A stretch of DNA of 64,000 nt from a virus: IMG/VR virus record IMGVR_UViG_3300032117_000015, positions 18,149 to 82,148 of that record. One strand, 5' to 3'. Positions 9,257 through 18,979 of this stretch are shown here, piece after piece. Each line of letters starts with the position of its first letter. Position 1 is the stretch's first letter. The notes below the pieces were generated by a model. It was not told where the DNA came from. It did no database searches and worked only from the letters and a program-made list of their open reading frames with translations. The translations under genes were made by a program, and so were the position numbers.

Positions 9257-9520
9257 ATGACAGATACAGTACAACAACCACAACAAGATAGCACAGATTT
9301 GACTATTAACGATTTGAACTCGTTAAAAGTAATTATCGATATTGCTAGTTCACGTGGTGCATTCAAACCAAACGAAATGGTAGCAGTTGGACAAACTTAT
9401 ACCAAACTAGAAACATTCTTGAATACAGTTGCTAAACAGCAACAAGCTCAAGCACCGGCTCAAGCGCCAGCTCAAACACCAGCCGATCAAGCAGTTGCAA
9501 ATACTGTAGCAGGAGTATAA
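9257..9520 (+). CDS. hypothetical protein with Q/A/P-rich tail
   Basis: AAGGAG RBS before ATG 9257. Confidence 0.75.
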   Translation: MTDTVQQPQQDSTDLTINDLNSLKVIIDIASSRGAFKPNEMVAVGQTYTKLETFLNTVAKQQQAQAPAQAPAQTPADQAVANTVAGV

Positions 9521-9524
9521 TACT

Positions 9525-10166
9525 ATGGCTGAACTTAAACACATCGGCCGCGTTATTGCCACTAACAAAAAATGTGTAGTGGCATATCGCACGTTGCCAG
9601 GGGATGCTTACTATTGTTTGATTGTCCCAACAGAAAACTTGCCTGACATTTACCATGACTCTTTGATTAATCTAGTCGAGAGTAGTGCTGGACAAGATGC
9701 TTATGAATTTGCAGAAGCGTTGGATCGTAGTCGATTCCCAGATGGTTCAAATATGTTACGTTGGCTACATGGTAATAACAGACTAATTAAAATTGGTACT
9801 AGTGCTGTTGAAATGACTCCAACTACTGGATTTTCGATTGTGCTTTCAGAACTAAATCAAATCATTGCTGAACAGCGTGGTTTATCAGTTGACGATTTAG
9901 CATTGAAATCAAGTCTTGATCCTAAAGATAATGCTAATGCCAAGGTTGCCGAAAATCAGCTTGTTAAAACTACAGAAACTGCTAAGAAGCCTGAAGCTAA
10001 ACCAACAGCCGAAGTTGTTAATGCCGAACCAGCAGTCGATGCAACACCAGAAGATCAAGCAAAATTTTTCCGTAGTCAAGCAGATAAGCTAGCTAAACAA
10101 GCCGCAGAAATGCGCCGTAAAGCAGAAGAATTGTCACCTACTAAGAAAAAAACAATAGTTAAATGA
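9525..10166 (+). CDS. hypothetical protein
   Basis: AGGAG RBS; 213 aa with a helical C-terminus. Confidence 0.8.
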   Translation: MAELKHIGRVIATNKKCVVAYRTLPGDAYYCLIVPTENLPDIYHDSLINLVESSAGQDAYEFAEALDRSRFPDGSNMLRWLHGNNRLIKIGTSAVEMTPTTGFSIVLSELNQIIAEQRGLSVDDLALKSSLDPKDNANAKVAENQLVKTTETAKKPEAKPTAEVVNAEPAVDATPEDQAKFFRSQADKLAKQAAEMRRKAEELSPTKKKTIVK

Positions 10167-10483
10167 CCAAATCGGGAAGACCACTTCCCAAGGACGTCAT
10201 AGAACATTGGCCTGAAGTATTCGGTGAAGTACACTTAAACGTGTTACCTCTAGGGTATCTCCATACCGTTTTGGTCAATTTTAAAGATGGTAAAACTTGG
10301 GAAATAAAAATAACAGCAAAAACCAAGCGTGAGGGTTGGAAGTCTTTTGAAAAGAATCTTGGAAAACTTTGTAGAACATACGAAGAAAGAATCGACAACA
10401 TAGACTTCAAACTCGACACAGAACGAGTCAAAAAAGATATTGAAAAAGAGACTCAAAAATTTTTAAAGAGAAAGAAGTTATAG
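10163..10483 (+). CDS. hypothetical protein
   Basis: ORF coupled by an ATGA overlap. Confidence 0.75.
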   Translation: MTKSGRPLPKDVIEHWPEVFGEVHLNVLPLGYLHTVLVNFKDGKTWEIKITAKTKREGWKSFEKNLGKLCRTYEERIDNIDFKLDTERVKKDIEKETQKFLKRKKL

Positions 10484-11167
10484 ATGAATGTCCGATTACT
10501 CAGTTTCAGCCAGCCAACACAAGAATTTGCTTCTATGGGCATTGATGATGCGCAGGAACTTATCGCATATTGCGCCCGTGTGTCCAATCCTTCCAACCAA
10601 CTTAACACTGAAACATCAGAAAAGCTCATCAAATATCTCATCAAACACAAGCACTGGAGCCCACTTGAAATGGTCAGCGCCTGCATTGAAATCACAACAA
10701 CAAGAGATATTGCAAGACAAATACTCAGACACAGAAGTTTCAGTTTCCAAGAATTTAGCCAACGCTACGCGGATCCAACGAAAGATTTATCATTCGTATA
10801 TCGCGATGCACGAAGACAGGATCTTAAAAATAGACAGAACAGCATAGATTTGGATCTAACAAACGATGCTGATCGTTTCCTTGCCGCTGGTTGGGAAAAC
10901 ATTCAAAAAGGCGTTATTGAAAAATGCCGCGAAGCATATGAATGGGCTATTGTAAATGGCATTGCTAAAGAGCAAGCCCGTGCTGTATTGCCTGAAGGAT
11001 TAATCGAAAGTAGAATTTATATGAATGGTACACTACGCAGTTGGGTACATTTTATCGAACTACGTAGTGCTAATGGTACACAAAAAGAGCATCAAGAAGT
11101 TGCTATTGCTTGTGCAAAAGTTATAGCTGAGATTTTTCCTCTTGCCAACGATTTAGTAGCCAATTAA
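10484..11167 (+). CDS. thyX: flavin-dependent thymidylate synthase
   Basis: Motifs HWSPLE, RHRSFSFQEFSQRY (ThyX RHRx7S signature) and EQARAVLP. Confidence 0.95.
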   Translation: MNVRLLSFSQPTQEFASMGIDDAQELIAYCARVSNPSNQLNTETSEKLIKYLIKHKHWSPLEMVSACIEITTTRDIARQILRHRSFSFQEFSQRYADPTKDLSFVYRDARRQDLKNRQNSIDLDLTNDADRFLAAGWENIQKGVIEKCREAYEWAIVNGIAKEQARAVLPEGLIESRIYMNGTLRSWVHFIELRSANGTQKEHQEVAIACAKVIAEIFPLANDLVAN

Positions 11168-11795
11168 AATCATTAATCTTAGCAAGTGCCTCCTTATCGG
11201 AGGCATTTTTTTCACCGTATTGTTTGCCTTGAATAGCACCCATATATGCATAACTACCGTGTTCTGCATTGGTATTTAATTGGCACCAGACGTGTAATCT
11301 AGCTAACGATTCCTCATTATTAATCACTGCCAGTTTACAGCATTCTCTAAATGCACTACGCCAAGTACTAAATGGATCTGTATTAAAGGCTGTAATGTTG
11401 CTTATCTTATCTATTGCTTTAAATTTACTACTGATATTTGTAGTCATATCTACAGTATCTGTATTCATATTCATTGTAAGAAATTTTGGTAATAGTTTAA
11501 CTCCGCCATAACCATATGTTAAGCTATTAATAGGATTAATACTACGCCAAACATGGACTACGTCTAAGTCCCATTCGCTTACTTCATAATCAAAATTAAA
11601 ATCATTTAGTATAACTGCATCGGCATCTACGACCCAAAACATTTTAGTCATGGCTTTCTTTGCGGCCGCAATATGAGCTTGATGAATTCCTTTAACACCG
11701 TGTACACGCTTTGCTAAAGGAAATCGTTCTTTTAAACTAGCAAAGTTTTCATCTGCATTTTCTTCATCATATGAAATAAAGATAATATCGTACAT
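11121..11795 (-). CDS. glycosyltransferase-like protein (GT-A fold, DxD)
   Basis: DIIFISYDE...FWVVDADA; paralogous to 11795..12694. Confidence 0.65.
   Translation of the reverse strand: MYDIIFISYDEENADENFASLKERFPLAKRVHGVKGIHQAHIAAAKKAMTKMFWVVDADAVILNDFNFDYEVSEWDLDVVHVWRSINPINSLTYGYGGVKLLPKFLTMNMNTDTVDMTTNISSKFKAIDKISNITAFNTDPFSTWRSAFRECCKLAVINNEESLARLHVWCQLNTNAEHGSYAYMGAIQGKQYGEKNASDKEALAKINDFNWLLNRWQEEKSQL
11187..11212 (+). terminator. intrinsic terminator of the + strand block, embedded antisense in the convergent gene
   Basis: TGCCTCC-TTATC-GGAGGCA followed by seven T. Confidence 0.8.
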
Positions 11796-12694
11796 TATTT
11801 GCGTCTTCCAATAATACGTGGAGTATTAAGATATACAGTTTTAAAGAATTTACTACCTGCACCATCTAAATTAGCAATTTCTAAACTACCTTGTTTAGCA
11901 AGTTCTTTTCCTAAGAAGTTAATATACTTTGACATTTCTTCTGGCTCTGCTTGCTCGTGTGTAGTGTTCCAGTATTCTGTTAACCATTCAAAATCACGAA
12001 CTTGGCTGTAGTCCCAATCTGTAAACATAGTTTTATAACAGCCTTCTCTTGCACCCATTATACTCCAAATTCCGTTTTCTACGTCGGCACCTACTGAACA
12101 CCATACAAGTAATCTATGATAGTTTTGCCACCAAATCTTTTTAAGGTCATTTACCTTATTGCCTTGATCCAATGACATTTTTACGCCTTCACGGAATCCT
12201 GCTCTCCATGCTTGGAACGGAGTAGCGTTAGTAAAGCTCTCGCTATAACTAGTATTAAATTGATAGTAGCGATTATCAAAACAAAATTCTACACGACCTT
12301 TTGCATCATTAGGATCTGCATTTTCATGTGTCTTCATTTCGTTAACAAACTTACGTGTCCATAATTTAAGTCCACCATTACCGTACATAAGTCCGTTAAC
12401 GTGTACTTTGCCACACCAGCTAAAAACATTTTCTGGAGTACATCGTATTTCTTCTAAATCTATCTCTACATTTAAAAAATCTGGATCAACAATATTGTCA
12501 GCATCGACTGTAACAAAGTATTCAGTTTCACTTAATGCGGCACAGGCTTTATGCGCGGCATCACTGCCTTTAACTCCATGTACACGTTTAGCCCAAGGCA
12601 CCTTAGTACACAAATCAGCATAATTCTTTTCAGCGTTGGGCTCATCATAACTAAGAAAGATGATGTCTTGTTCGATAATTTTAATTTTATCCAT
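11795..12694 (-). CDS. glycosyltransferase-like protein (GT-A fold, DxD)
   Basis: DIIFLSYDE...FVTVDADN; shares the RVHGVKG, YGxGGxKL and WRxxFRE motifs with its neighbour. Confidence 0.65.
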   Translation of the reverse strand: MDKIKIIEQDIIFLSYDEPNAEKNYADLCTKVPWAKRVHGVKGSDAAHKACAALSETEYFVTVDADNIVDPDFLNVEIDLEEIRCTPENVFSWCGKVHVNGLMYGNGGLKLWTRKFVNEMKTHENADPNDAKGRVEFCFDNRYYQFNTSYSESFTNATPFQAWRAGFREGVKMSLDQGNKVNDLKKIWWQNYHRLLVWCSVGADVENGIWSIMGAREGCYKTMFTDWDYSQVRDFEWLTEYWNTTHEQAEPEEMSKYINFLGKELAKQGSLEIANLDGAGSKFFKTVYLNTPRIIGRRK

Positions 12695-13274
12695 TTTTAA
12701 TTAATCCGTAACTTTGAAAGTATATCCTTGATGATATGGATATCTTGTCTATTTGATTTTCTATTTTGCTTGCAAAAGGAACTATTATCTTTTCCTGTTC
12801 CATCAAATCTTTAACATCAATTAGTATGCTTCTGATTAGAAAATCAAAATCATTTTTAAGCATTACAAAAAATATAGTATTATTAGTTATACTATCAGCA
12901 AGCCTTGTTTTGGCTTTTTCAGTTAATCTAAAACACCAATTTTTTTCATTTGCATTCCACTCGACAATTAATTCTGTATTTTTATTAGGAGGATTTTTAA
13001 TCCACTGAAAAACACTATTTCTAAATCCGTACAATTGGTTTGTTATTTGCATTAATGTTAACTCTGTTTTTCCATTAATGCCTTTAGAATATCCTATTAT
13101 ATAATCCCTAGTGTACTTTTCTTTTTTCATAAATGCGTCATATTCTTCCGCAGATATTTCAAATGCACATTTTTCTGTAGGGGATTTTTGATTAGAAATA
13201 TGTGTTATAACTCCCGACTTTTTATCGTAAATCAAATAGTATTTTTGTGGAGGAGTAAATTTAAATCTTGCCAT
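12687..13274 (-). CDS. hypothetical protein within the glycosyltransferase cluster
   Basis: ORF overlapping both neighbours. Confidence 0.7.
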   Translation of the reverse strand: MARFKFTPPQKYYLIYDKKSGVITHISNQKSPTEKCAFEISAEEYDAFMKKEKYTRDYIIGYSKGINGKTELTLMQITNQLYGFRNSVFQWIKNPPNKNTELIVEWNANEKNWCFRLTEKAKTRLADSITNNTIFFVMLKNDFDFLIRSILIDVKDLMEQEKIIVPFASKIENQIDKISISSRIYFQSYGLIKNG

Positions 13275-14118
13275 TTATTTCCTCCAACTGTTCAATTAGT
13301 TCTGTTGTCATGAAATCTTTTTCAACATAGTGAAATACACCCTGTTGTTTTATATTACCGACAATTAAATCTCCACGTTCATTTAAAACAAACGGTACAA
13401 TATCTTGCCAGCTATCGACACCAACTGGCCAATCTTGCAAAGGAACTTTCATATGCACAAATCTCATAGGATTTAATACATCTAATGCTTCTTGATGTAT
13501 GCCCATAATTTCGATAGCAATTGCCGAAGCAAGATCCATACTTAACCATTTTTGATAATAATTAGGGGCAAAAATGTCATAGCATCCTTCCCAGTTATTA
13601 CAAATAAATTCTAGTACTTTATAAAAATTATATGCTGTATCCGATTTTTTAAAGTAGTGTAATGCAAAGTATAGGTTTGATAACTTGTTAGCAATAAATG
13701 TTTTTCTATGAAATTTATCAACAGGAATATGTTCTTGTTTGTAATTAGTAATATATGAACAGAATTTGATGTCAAAATTGCCGCAATATTTCCACCAGTC
13801 ACTTATATCTTCTAACATTAGCATGTCTGCATCTAGTACTATTGTTTCATGGTATGGAGATACGTGATATAATTTCCAGCGGTGCTCGGCCGCAAATTGA
13901 TTGCTTGCTGTATTTTCAAACCAAGGAATAGGAATGATTTGATCAAATGCTTTTCGATATTTTTTAGAAACAGCACTATTGGTAACCAGAGAAACATCCT
14001 TTACTTCAGTTTGACTATTTTTAATACTTAATGCCAATGCATAGGCTTGTTGAATATAATCAACTGTATCTGTATTTTGTGCAAAAATTAAAAATCCTTT
14101 AGACACCATAGCCTCCAT
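13261..14118 (-). CDS. GT8-like glycosyltransferase
   Basis: QAYALALSIK, SPYHETIVLDADML and FHY motifs. The true start is probably 14109 or 14106, after GGAGG. Confidence 0.65.
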   Translation of the reverse strand: MEAMVSKGFLIFAQNTDTVDYIQQAYALALSIKNSQTEVKDVSLVTNSAVSKKYRKAFDQIIPIPWFENTASNQFAAEHRWKLYHVSPYHETIVLDADMLMLEDISDWWKYCGNFDIKFCSYITNYKQEHIPVDKFHRKTFIANKLSNLYFALHYFKKSDTAYNFYKVLEFICNNWEGCYDIFAPNYYQKWLSMDLASAIAIEIMGIHQEALDVLNPMRFVHMKVPLQDWPVGVDSWQDIVPFVLNERGDLIVGNIKQQGVFHYVEKDFMTTELIEQLEEINGKI

Positions 14119-14947
14119 CGATATAACGATTTAAACTAAATTTGTTCATAACATGCACATCTAACCCTGTGGTTTTTATTGCAGTATATTCTCCTAAATG
14201 ATTTTTCTTTTCTACTAAAAATTTCATTTTGTTGCCATCAGTACTAATCAATATATCTTTGTCCGATGTATAAATCATTTTACCAGGCAATTCTACAGTA
14301 AATTCACCTTCTGTTTTTCCATTAAAGATATGTATTGCAATACTAAATGCTGTATCATTTCTAAATGCAGGAGCATCAATAGTATAAAGGGTTCTAAAAT
14401 AAATCCAATTTACCTTAATATATTCTATGAGGTCAAAGAAAGATTGCATCAAAGGCGTTTTATCAAATATAAAAACTGTTGCCCAGTAAAATGGGATACT
14501 AAAAGGATTTATACGTTTAAATGCATTGAGTTCTCGTTCTGAAACTAAATCAAAACTGTTTCTGTAAATTTGAAATTCGTATTGATTATATAATGCAGGT
14601 TTAAGTACACTAGAATTTAAAATGTAATCAGTATCCATAACAAGTGTTCTATCGTATGGTGTTAAATCATAAACACTACTACGAGAAAAGTTTTTCCATT
14701 CTGCAGTTATTCCTGTGAGAGATCCGTCATGGAATCTTCTGTGTTGTGCAGGACCCGATTCTTCTAATTGTATAACTTTATCAAATCCGTGATCGGGGAA
14801 ATTAGCCTGCAACCATTTATGGTCATCCGTTATTAGACTAACTGGAATATCTAGATATTGTTTAATTCTACTTGCGGCAAAAATTGCCATCTTAATATAA
14901 TCAATACTAGAATTATTTTGTGCAATAAGCACCGCACCTATTGTCAT
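14099..14947 (-). CDS. GT8-like glycosyltransferase
   Basis: TPYDRTLVMDTDY; paralogous to the downstream gene. Confidence 0.65.
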   Translation of the reverse strand: MTIGAVLIAQNNSSIDYIKMAIFAASRIKQYLDIPVSLITDDHKWLQANFPDHGFDKVIQLEESGPAQHRRFHDGSLTGITAEWKNFSRSSVYDLTPYDRTLVMDTDYILNSSVLKPALYNQYEFQIYRNSFDLVSERELNAFKRINPFSIPFYWATVFIFDKTPLMQSFFDLIEYIKVNWIYFRTLYTIDAPAFRNDTAFSIAIHIFNGKTEGEFTVELPGKMIYTSDKDILISTDGNKMKFLVEKKNHLGEYTAIKTTGLDVHVMNKFSLNRYIDGGYGV

Positions 14948-15294
14948 AGCTCGACTATATCCGCAATCTTTCTTTTGCGTTTTAAATCATTATACTTTAC
15001 AGCATAGTCGTTCGTAGATTCAAAATATATAAAAGAAATATCATCTAAAAACTTTTGAACATCTCCAATAAGAACTGGAAAGTTATTAACATCTATAAAT
15101 GCCACATCGTTAGTATAACCTAAATCTATGACTGTTTTAGTAAAGCTGATTAAATCTGGTGTGATTTTGAATGTTGCACCGTTGGTATAATACACCAATT
15201 TCTGGTTGTATTCTTCTAAAATAATTCTTCTTTGATTTGAAAGTGTAGCAGTATAATTTGCAACTGCAAACGCTTTTTCAATTCTTTCATCCAT
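14944..15294 (-). CDS. hypothetical protein
   Basis: GGAG RBS; first gene of the glycosyltransferase operon. Confidence 0.75.
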   Translation of the reverse strand: MDERIEKAFAVANYTATLSNQRRIILEEYNQKLVYYTNGATFKITPDLISFTKTVIDLGYTNDVAFIDVNNFPVLIGDVQKFLDDISFIYFESTNDYAVKYNDLKRKRKIADIVEL

Positions 15295-15314
15295 AAGAAA
15301 CTCCGTAGTGTACT

Positions 15315-15343
15315 ATGATACACTACAGTAGTTAGCTTGTCAA
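15315..15343 (-). promoter_or_regulatory. sigma70-type promoter of the glycosyltransferase operon, overlapped by an inverted repeat
   Basis: On the - strand: TTGACA-N17-TATCAT. Inverted repeat GTAGTGTA-N6-TACACTAC at 15305-15326. Confidence 0.7.
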
Positions 15344-15347
15344 GTAA

Positions 15348-17396
15348 TTAGAGAGAAGTTATTTGGCCAATTGCTGGCAAATAATTGTATAAATTGGACA
15401 CTGGTGCCATTGTTACATAGTTACCGGATGCATACGAAATATTAACTTCGCTTGCTACTGTACCTGTAACATCTTCGTCAATGTCGTAAGGATTGACTGT
15501 TGTCTTGTAGAAATCTTCTGTACCTGCCGCTTGGAATGTTGTTCCGCTTAATGACCCGGTACTCAGGGCCACATCTGATGTAATTGGTGTAGCCGCTGTC
15601 GCATTATTATAGCTAGTAGCTAGTGTTACACTATTATTTCCAGAATTTACACTTGCAACATAATATGTCGATCCAGGAGATCCAGCTGATAATCCATTTC
15701 CGCCTGTACCTTTAAACAAAATCACAGTACCTTGAATTATGTTTGAAACACTACTTAAGAAGACAGTGTTTGAAGCACCTGTGGAGTTTGCAGTACCAGT
15801 TACTACAGGGAATCCACTTGATAAATCTTCAAACATAATTTGGAATGTAAGTTGATTTCCGGCACTATTTAGTTGTGCCCAAATTGTATATTGATTCGGT
15901 GCATATACACTAGAACCAGGAGCACCTACACTATTTGTAAAAATAGGAACTAACGGACCGCCTGCATTGTTTAAGAAATATTGCCAGCCATTGCCAGTGC
16001 CTGTTCCTGAACCTGATGGGCTAGTTCCATAATAGCTAAAAGTGACTGTTCCCATACCATTTAAAATAGTATACCAAGAATAGTTCTTAGTACCAGTTGT
16101 TGGCACTGCTCCTGCTGATGTTGGAATAGTTGGAGATATAGTGCCTGGAGAACTCATACTAGCACTAAATTGTATCGATCCGCCTGAATTGAAGAAATAT
16201 TTTGCGGCTTGCGATCCAGAATATCCTGTTCCACTTGGGAATGTAACTGTAACTGTATTAGAAATAATAGGAGTATTACTTTCAGAAACATTAAAAGTAC
16301 ATGTTAGTGTTTCTGGTAAAGCTAAACTAGCAACTGTTTGAGTATTATTAACAGTATAAGAATAAGCCGAGAATGGTTGTAAACTTCCGGCACTACCAAC
16401 TGTTTGGGCCGGTCCAGCAATAGTCCAAGTTGATCCGCCGCCGCCTGTAACTATTGTACCAGCCGCTAAATTGCCGCCGCCGCCGAACAACAACATACCC
16501 CCGCTAAGTGGCCCAGTTACACCAGAAACTGTTAAAATATTTCCAACAATATAACCAGAGAAAGTAGCAACGTTTACTGCTGTAATAACCGTTCCTGCAC
16601 TTACACCAGAACCAGTGACTGTCATTCCAGCGGCAAAACTTCCGCTTGGAGTAGTAATAGTAGTCATTGTAGTTCCGCTAATATAACCACTAGCGGCTAC
16701 AGATCCTGATGAAGGGTTAGTAATACTTGTGCCGCCCCATGGTCTGCTCGATCCTTGTCTTGCAGTAATAAATGGAAAGCCGCCCGATGTTGGAGTACCA
16801 ATTGTTGGAGTTGCAAGTTGTCCGTTTGGAGGAATTGCATAGCACCCTGGGTATGTAATACCGTTAACTATACTACCAGATCCACTATTTGCCAATGCCG
16901 ATGACATTGTTAAGTATGCAATTCTGTCTGTTTCTTTAATTTTTACACTTGAAGACGCAGTAGTTAGTGCAGGACTTGGAGTATTGTTTAACTGATGTTG
17001 ATAAACGTTTGTAATATCTTGTTGTAATGCGTTCCATTGGGCTGTTGAAATAGTATTTCCAGAACTAACTGTACTACTATTCAGTATTTGACCGTAACCT
17101 GTTGAAGCTCTTCCAAGGATTGGAGATATTGTGTTATAAATTGTATTATAATCGTTAGCTAAAATTAAAGGTGTTGTACCTGTAATTGTAATTTGAGATC
17201 CACTGCTACCTGATGTTTGGCTAACACTTACTGTATATGTTCCTGTTGAACCTGCACCTGAAATTCCAGAAGTAATATATGTGTTTGCAGAAATACCGCT
17301 ACCGGTAATACTCATTGGAACAAGAATAGTTCCACTTGCAACAGAACTAACTGTTAATGTTGTTCCACTAATATAACCGGTAAAAATAGCTGTCAT
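15348..17396 (-). CDS. G/S/T-rich virion structural or tail fibre-like protein
   Basis: Repeated (F/A)xGYIxGxxLTV modules, an upstream late promoter, and tail-module context. Confidence 0.7.
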   Translation of the reverse strand: MTAIFTGYISGTTLTVSSVASGTILVPMSITGSGISANTYITSGISGAGSTGTYTVSVSQTSGSSGSQITITGTTPLILANDYNTIYNTISPILGRASTGYGQILNSSTVSSGNTISTAQWNALQQDITNVYQHQLNNTPSPALTTASSSVKIKETDRIAYLTMSSALANSGSGSIVNGITYPGCYAIPPNGQLATPTIGTPTSGGFPFITARQGSSRPWGGTSITNPSSGSVAASGYISGTTMTTITTPSGSFAAGMTVTGSGVSAGTVITAVNVATFSGYIVGNILTVSGVTGPLSGGMLLFGGGGNLAAGTIVTGGGGSTWTIAGPAQTVGSAGSLQPFSAYSYTVNNTQTVASLALPETLTCTFNVSESNTPIISNTVTVTFPSGTGYSGSQAAKYFFNSGGSIQFSASMSSPGTISPTIPTSAGAVPTTGTKNYSWYTILNGMGTVTFSYYGTSPSGSGTGTGNGWQYFLNNAGGPLVPIFTNSVGAPGSSVYAPNQYTIWAQLNSAGNQLTFQIMFEDLSSGFPVVTGTANSTGASNTVFLSSVSNIIQGTVILFKGTGGNGLSAGSPGSTYYVASVNSGNNSVTLATSYNNATAATPITSDVALSTGSLSGTTFQAAGTEDFYKTTVNPYDIDEDVTGTVASEVNISYASGNYVTMAPVSNLYNYLPAIGQITSL

Positions 17397-17415
17397 TTGT
17401 TTTCCTCGTCTGCGA

Positions 17416-17423
17416 TATTTATT
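17416..17423 (-). promoter_or_regulatory. late promoter AATAAATA
   Basis: Intergenic TAAATA motif. Confidence 0.6.
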
Positions 17424-17424
17424 T

Positions 17425-18933
17425 TTATAGAATTACACATTCAATAATATTGATATCATTGTATTGTGCATCTAATTTGTCTTCTAAGGCAATAGCAAAT
17501 GGGTTATTTCCAGGTGAAGTAGTAGTCATATTTGGTGTAGCATTAATTGAAAAACCTGATCCATTTGATCCTGGATAAATTAAATCACCCTTATTAACAG
17601 GACCTTCAATTTTTACTGGAACACGACCTCTTAGAGCAACATAAACGCCGCCTTTTAACTCACTGTTCATCATATATGCTGGGTTAGTACTAATAACTCC
17701 TAGTGCATATCCATCAGTTGTACATGCAGTAATTTCTTTTTCACCGCCAACCATAACAACTGTACCAGGTGCATATTCTACATCTGGAAGATATTTTTCC
17801 GCTAAGTCAGCATAGTTAGCAGATGTTGCTGTTCCTTGGAATAAATTAGCAGATAAATTGCCATTTCCGTCACGTCCAGCGATTGTGTTTGCAGAAGCTG
17901 TCATATTAGCTTGTGCATAACCGTATCCCGGTAAATTAACTAAATTTGCCTGTGTTGCTGTTCCTACAAAAGAACTAGCATATACATTTAACCATTGATA
18001 AGACGAACTACCTAGGCTCGAAACTCCACTTTGTCCTGGAATTAAATCAGTTCCAATCAATTCCAATGGAGTAACTGTGCTTCCGTTTAGTGCAGTAGTT
18101 TGAAATAAGAATCCACCAGTACTTGTAAGAGATACAGTTGGCTGACTTACGTTAATTACATTGCCCGAGGCAATTGATAAACTCAAATTATTGTTTGCAC
18201 CGACAGTAAATCCTGAAGAAAAACTTGCTTGTGTAAATGCAGAACTACTTAATGTAACATACGAGCTTGCAGGCAATCCATTTAGCATTAATGCGTTACT
18301 TGCAGTTCCTTCAAATCTGTATCCACCAGATGTAACACCATTAGTAGATGCCTGAGTATCTACTAAAGTAATACCTTGAACAATTTGATCAAATCCTGGA
18401 ACTACGTTATTTGCCATTGTGAAGGAAGAATTGCTAATAATTGCAACTACAGTTCCGTTAGCAATAGCTTGAATAACTGGGTATGAATGTAAACCTGATG
18501 AATCAGTTAAACTAACTGATTGCATTTGTGTTGTACCTGCTCCTGTGACTTCTTGTGGTCCAACAAGTGTAAGTCCGCTACCGTTATAAACATAAAGCTG
18601 GTTACTTGCTGTATTAAAAAAGAAATCGCCTTGTGTTAGACCAGCTGGCTGGGCAGTACCAACTTCTGCTCCGTTGGCTTGACGGAAATAACTACCGTCC
18701 CAAAATTTTAATTTTTTATTACCACTATCATACCAAATTTGCCCAGCAAGTGGATTAGGTGGTTGGGTAGTATTTGCAAAATTTTCAAGCAACCAAACGA
18801 AATTGTCGTTTTGTGATTGGCCGTATCCTGCATAATTCTTACCAATTAGGGTAAGATCTGTGGAAGTATCAACCGTGCCGTCCGCAACTGTTGCAAGTAA
18901 TGTTCCGTTATAATGGTTAATTGTATATGACAT
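17425..18933 (-). CDS. tail fibre protein with C-terminal intramolecular-chaperone (autocleavage)-like domain
   Basis: N-terminal LLENFA...GQIWYD domain; C-terminal YADLAEKY...GTVVMVGG...LGVIST...VALRGRVPVK. Confidence 0.75.
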   Translation of the reverse strand: MSYTINHYNGTLLATVADGTVDTSTDLTLIGKNYAGYGQSQNDNFVWLLENFANTTQPPNPLAGQIWYDSGNKKLKFWDGSYFRQANGAEVGTAQPAGLTQGDFFFNTASNQLYVYNGSGLTLVGPQEVTGAGTTQMQSVSLTDSSGLHSYPVIQAIANGTVVAIISNSSFTMANNVVPGFDQIVQGITLVDTQASTNGVTSGGYRFEGTASNALMLNGLPASSYVTLSSSAFTQASFSSGFTVGANNNLSLSIASGNVINVSQPTVSLTSTGGFLFQTTALNGSTVTPLELIGTDLIPGQSGVSSLGSSSYQWLNVYASSFVGTATQANLVNLPGYGYAQANMTASANTIAGRDGNGNLSANLFQGTATSANYADLAEKYLPDVEYAPGTVVMVGGEKEITACTTDGYALGVISTNPAYMMNSELKGGVYVALRGRVPVKIEGPVNKGDLIYPGSNGSGFSINATPNMTTTSPGNNPFAIALEDKLDAQYNDINIIECVIL

Positions 18934-18959
18934 GGTGTCGCTTGTTCCTTATTTCAGTG

Positions 18960-18967
18960 TATTTATC
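18960..18967 (-). promoter_or_regulatory. late promoter GATAAATA
   Basis: Intergenic motif. Confidence 0.65.
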
Positions 18968-18979
18968 ATAGTTTTGCTG

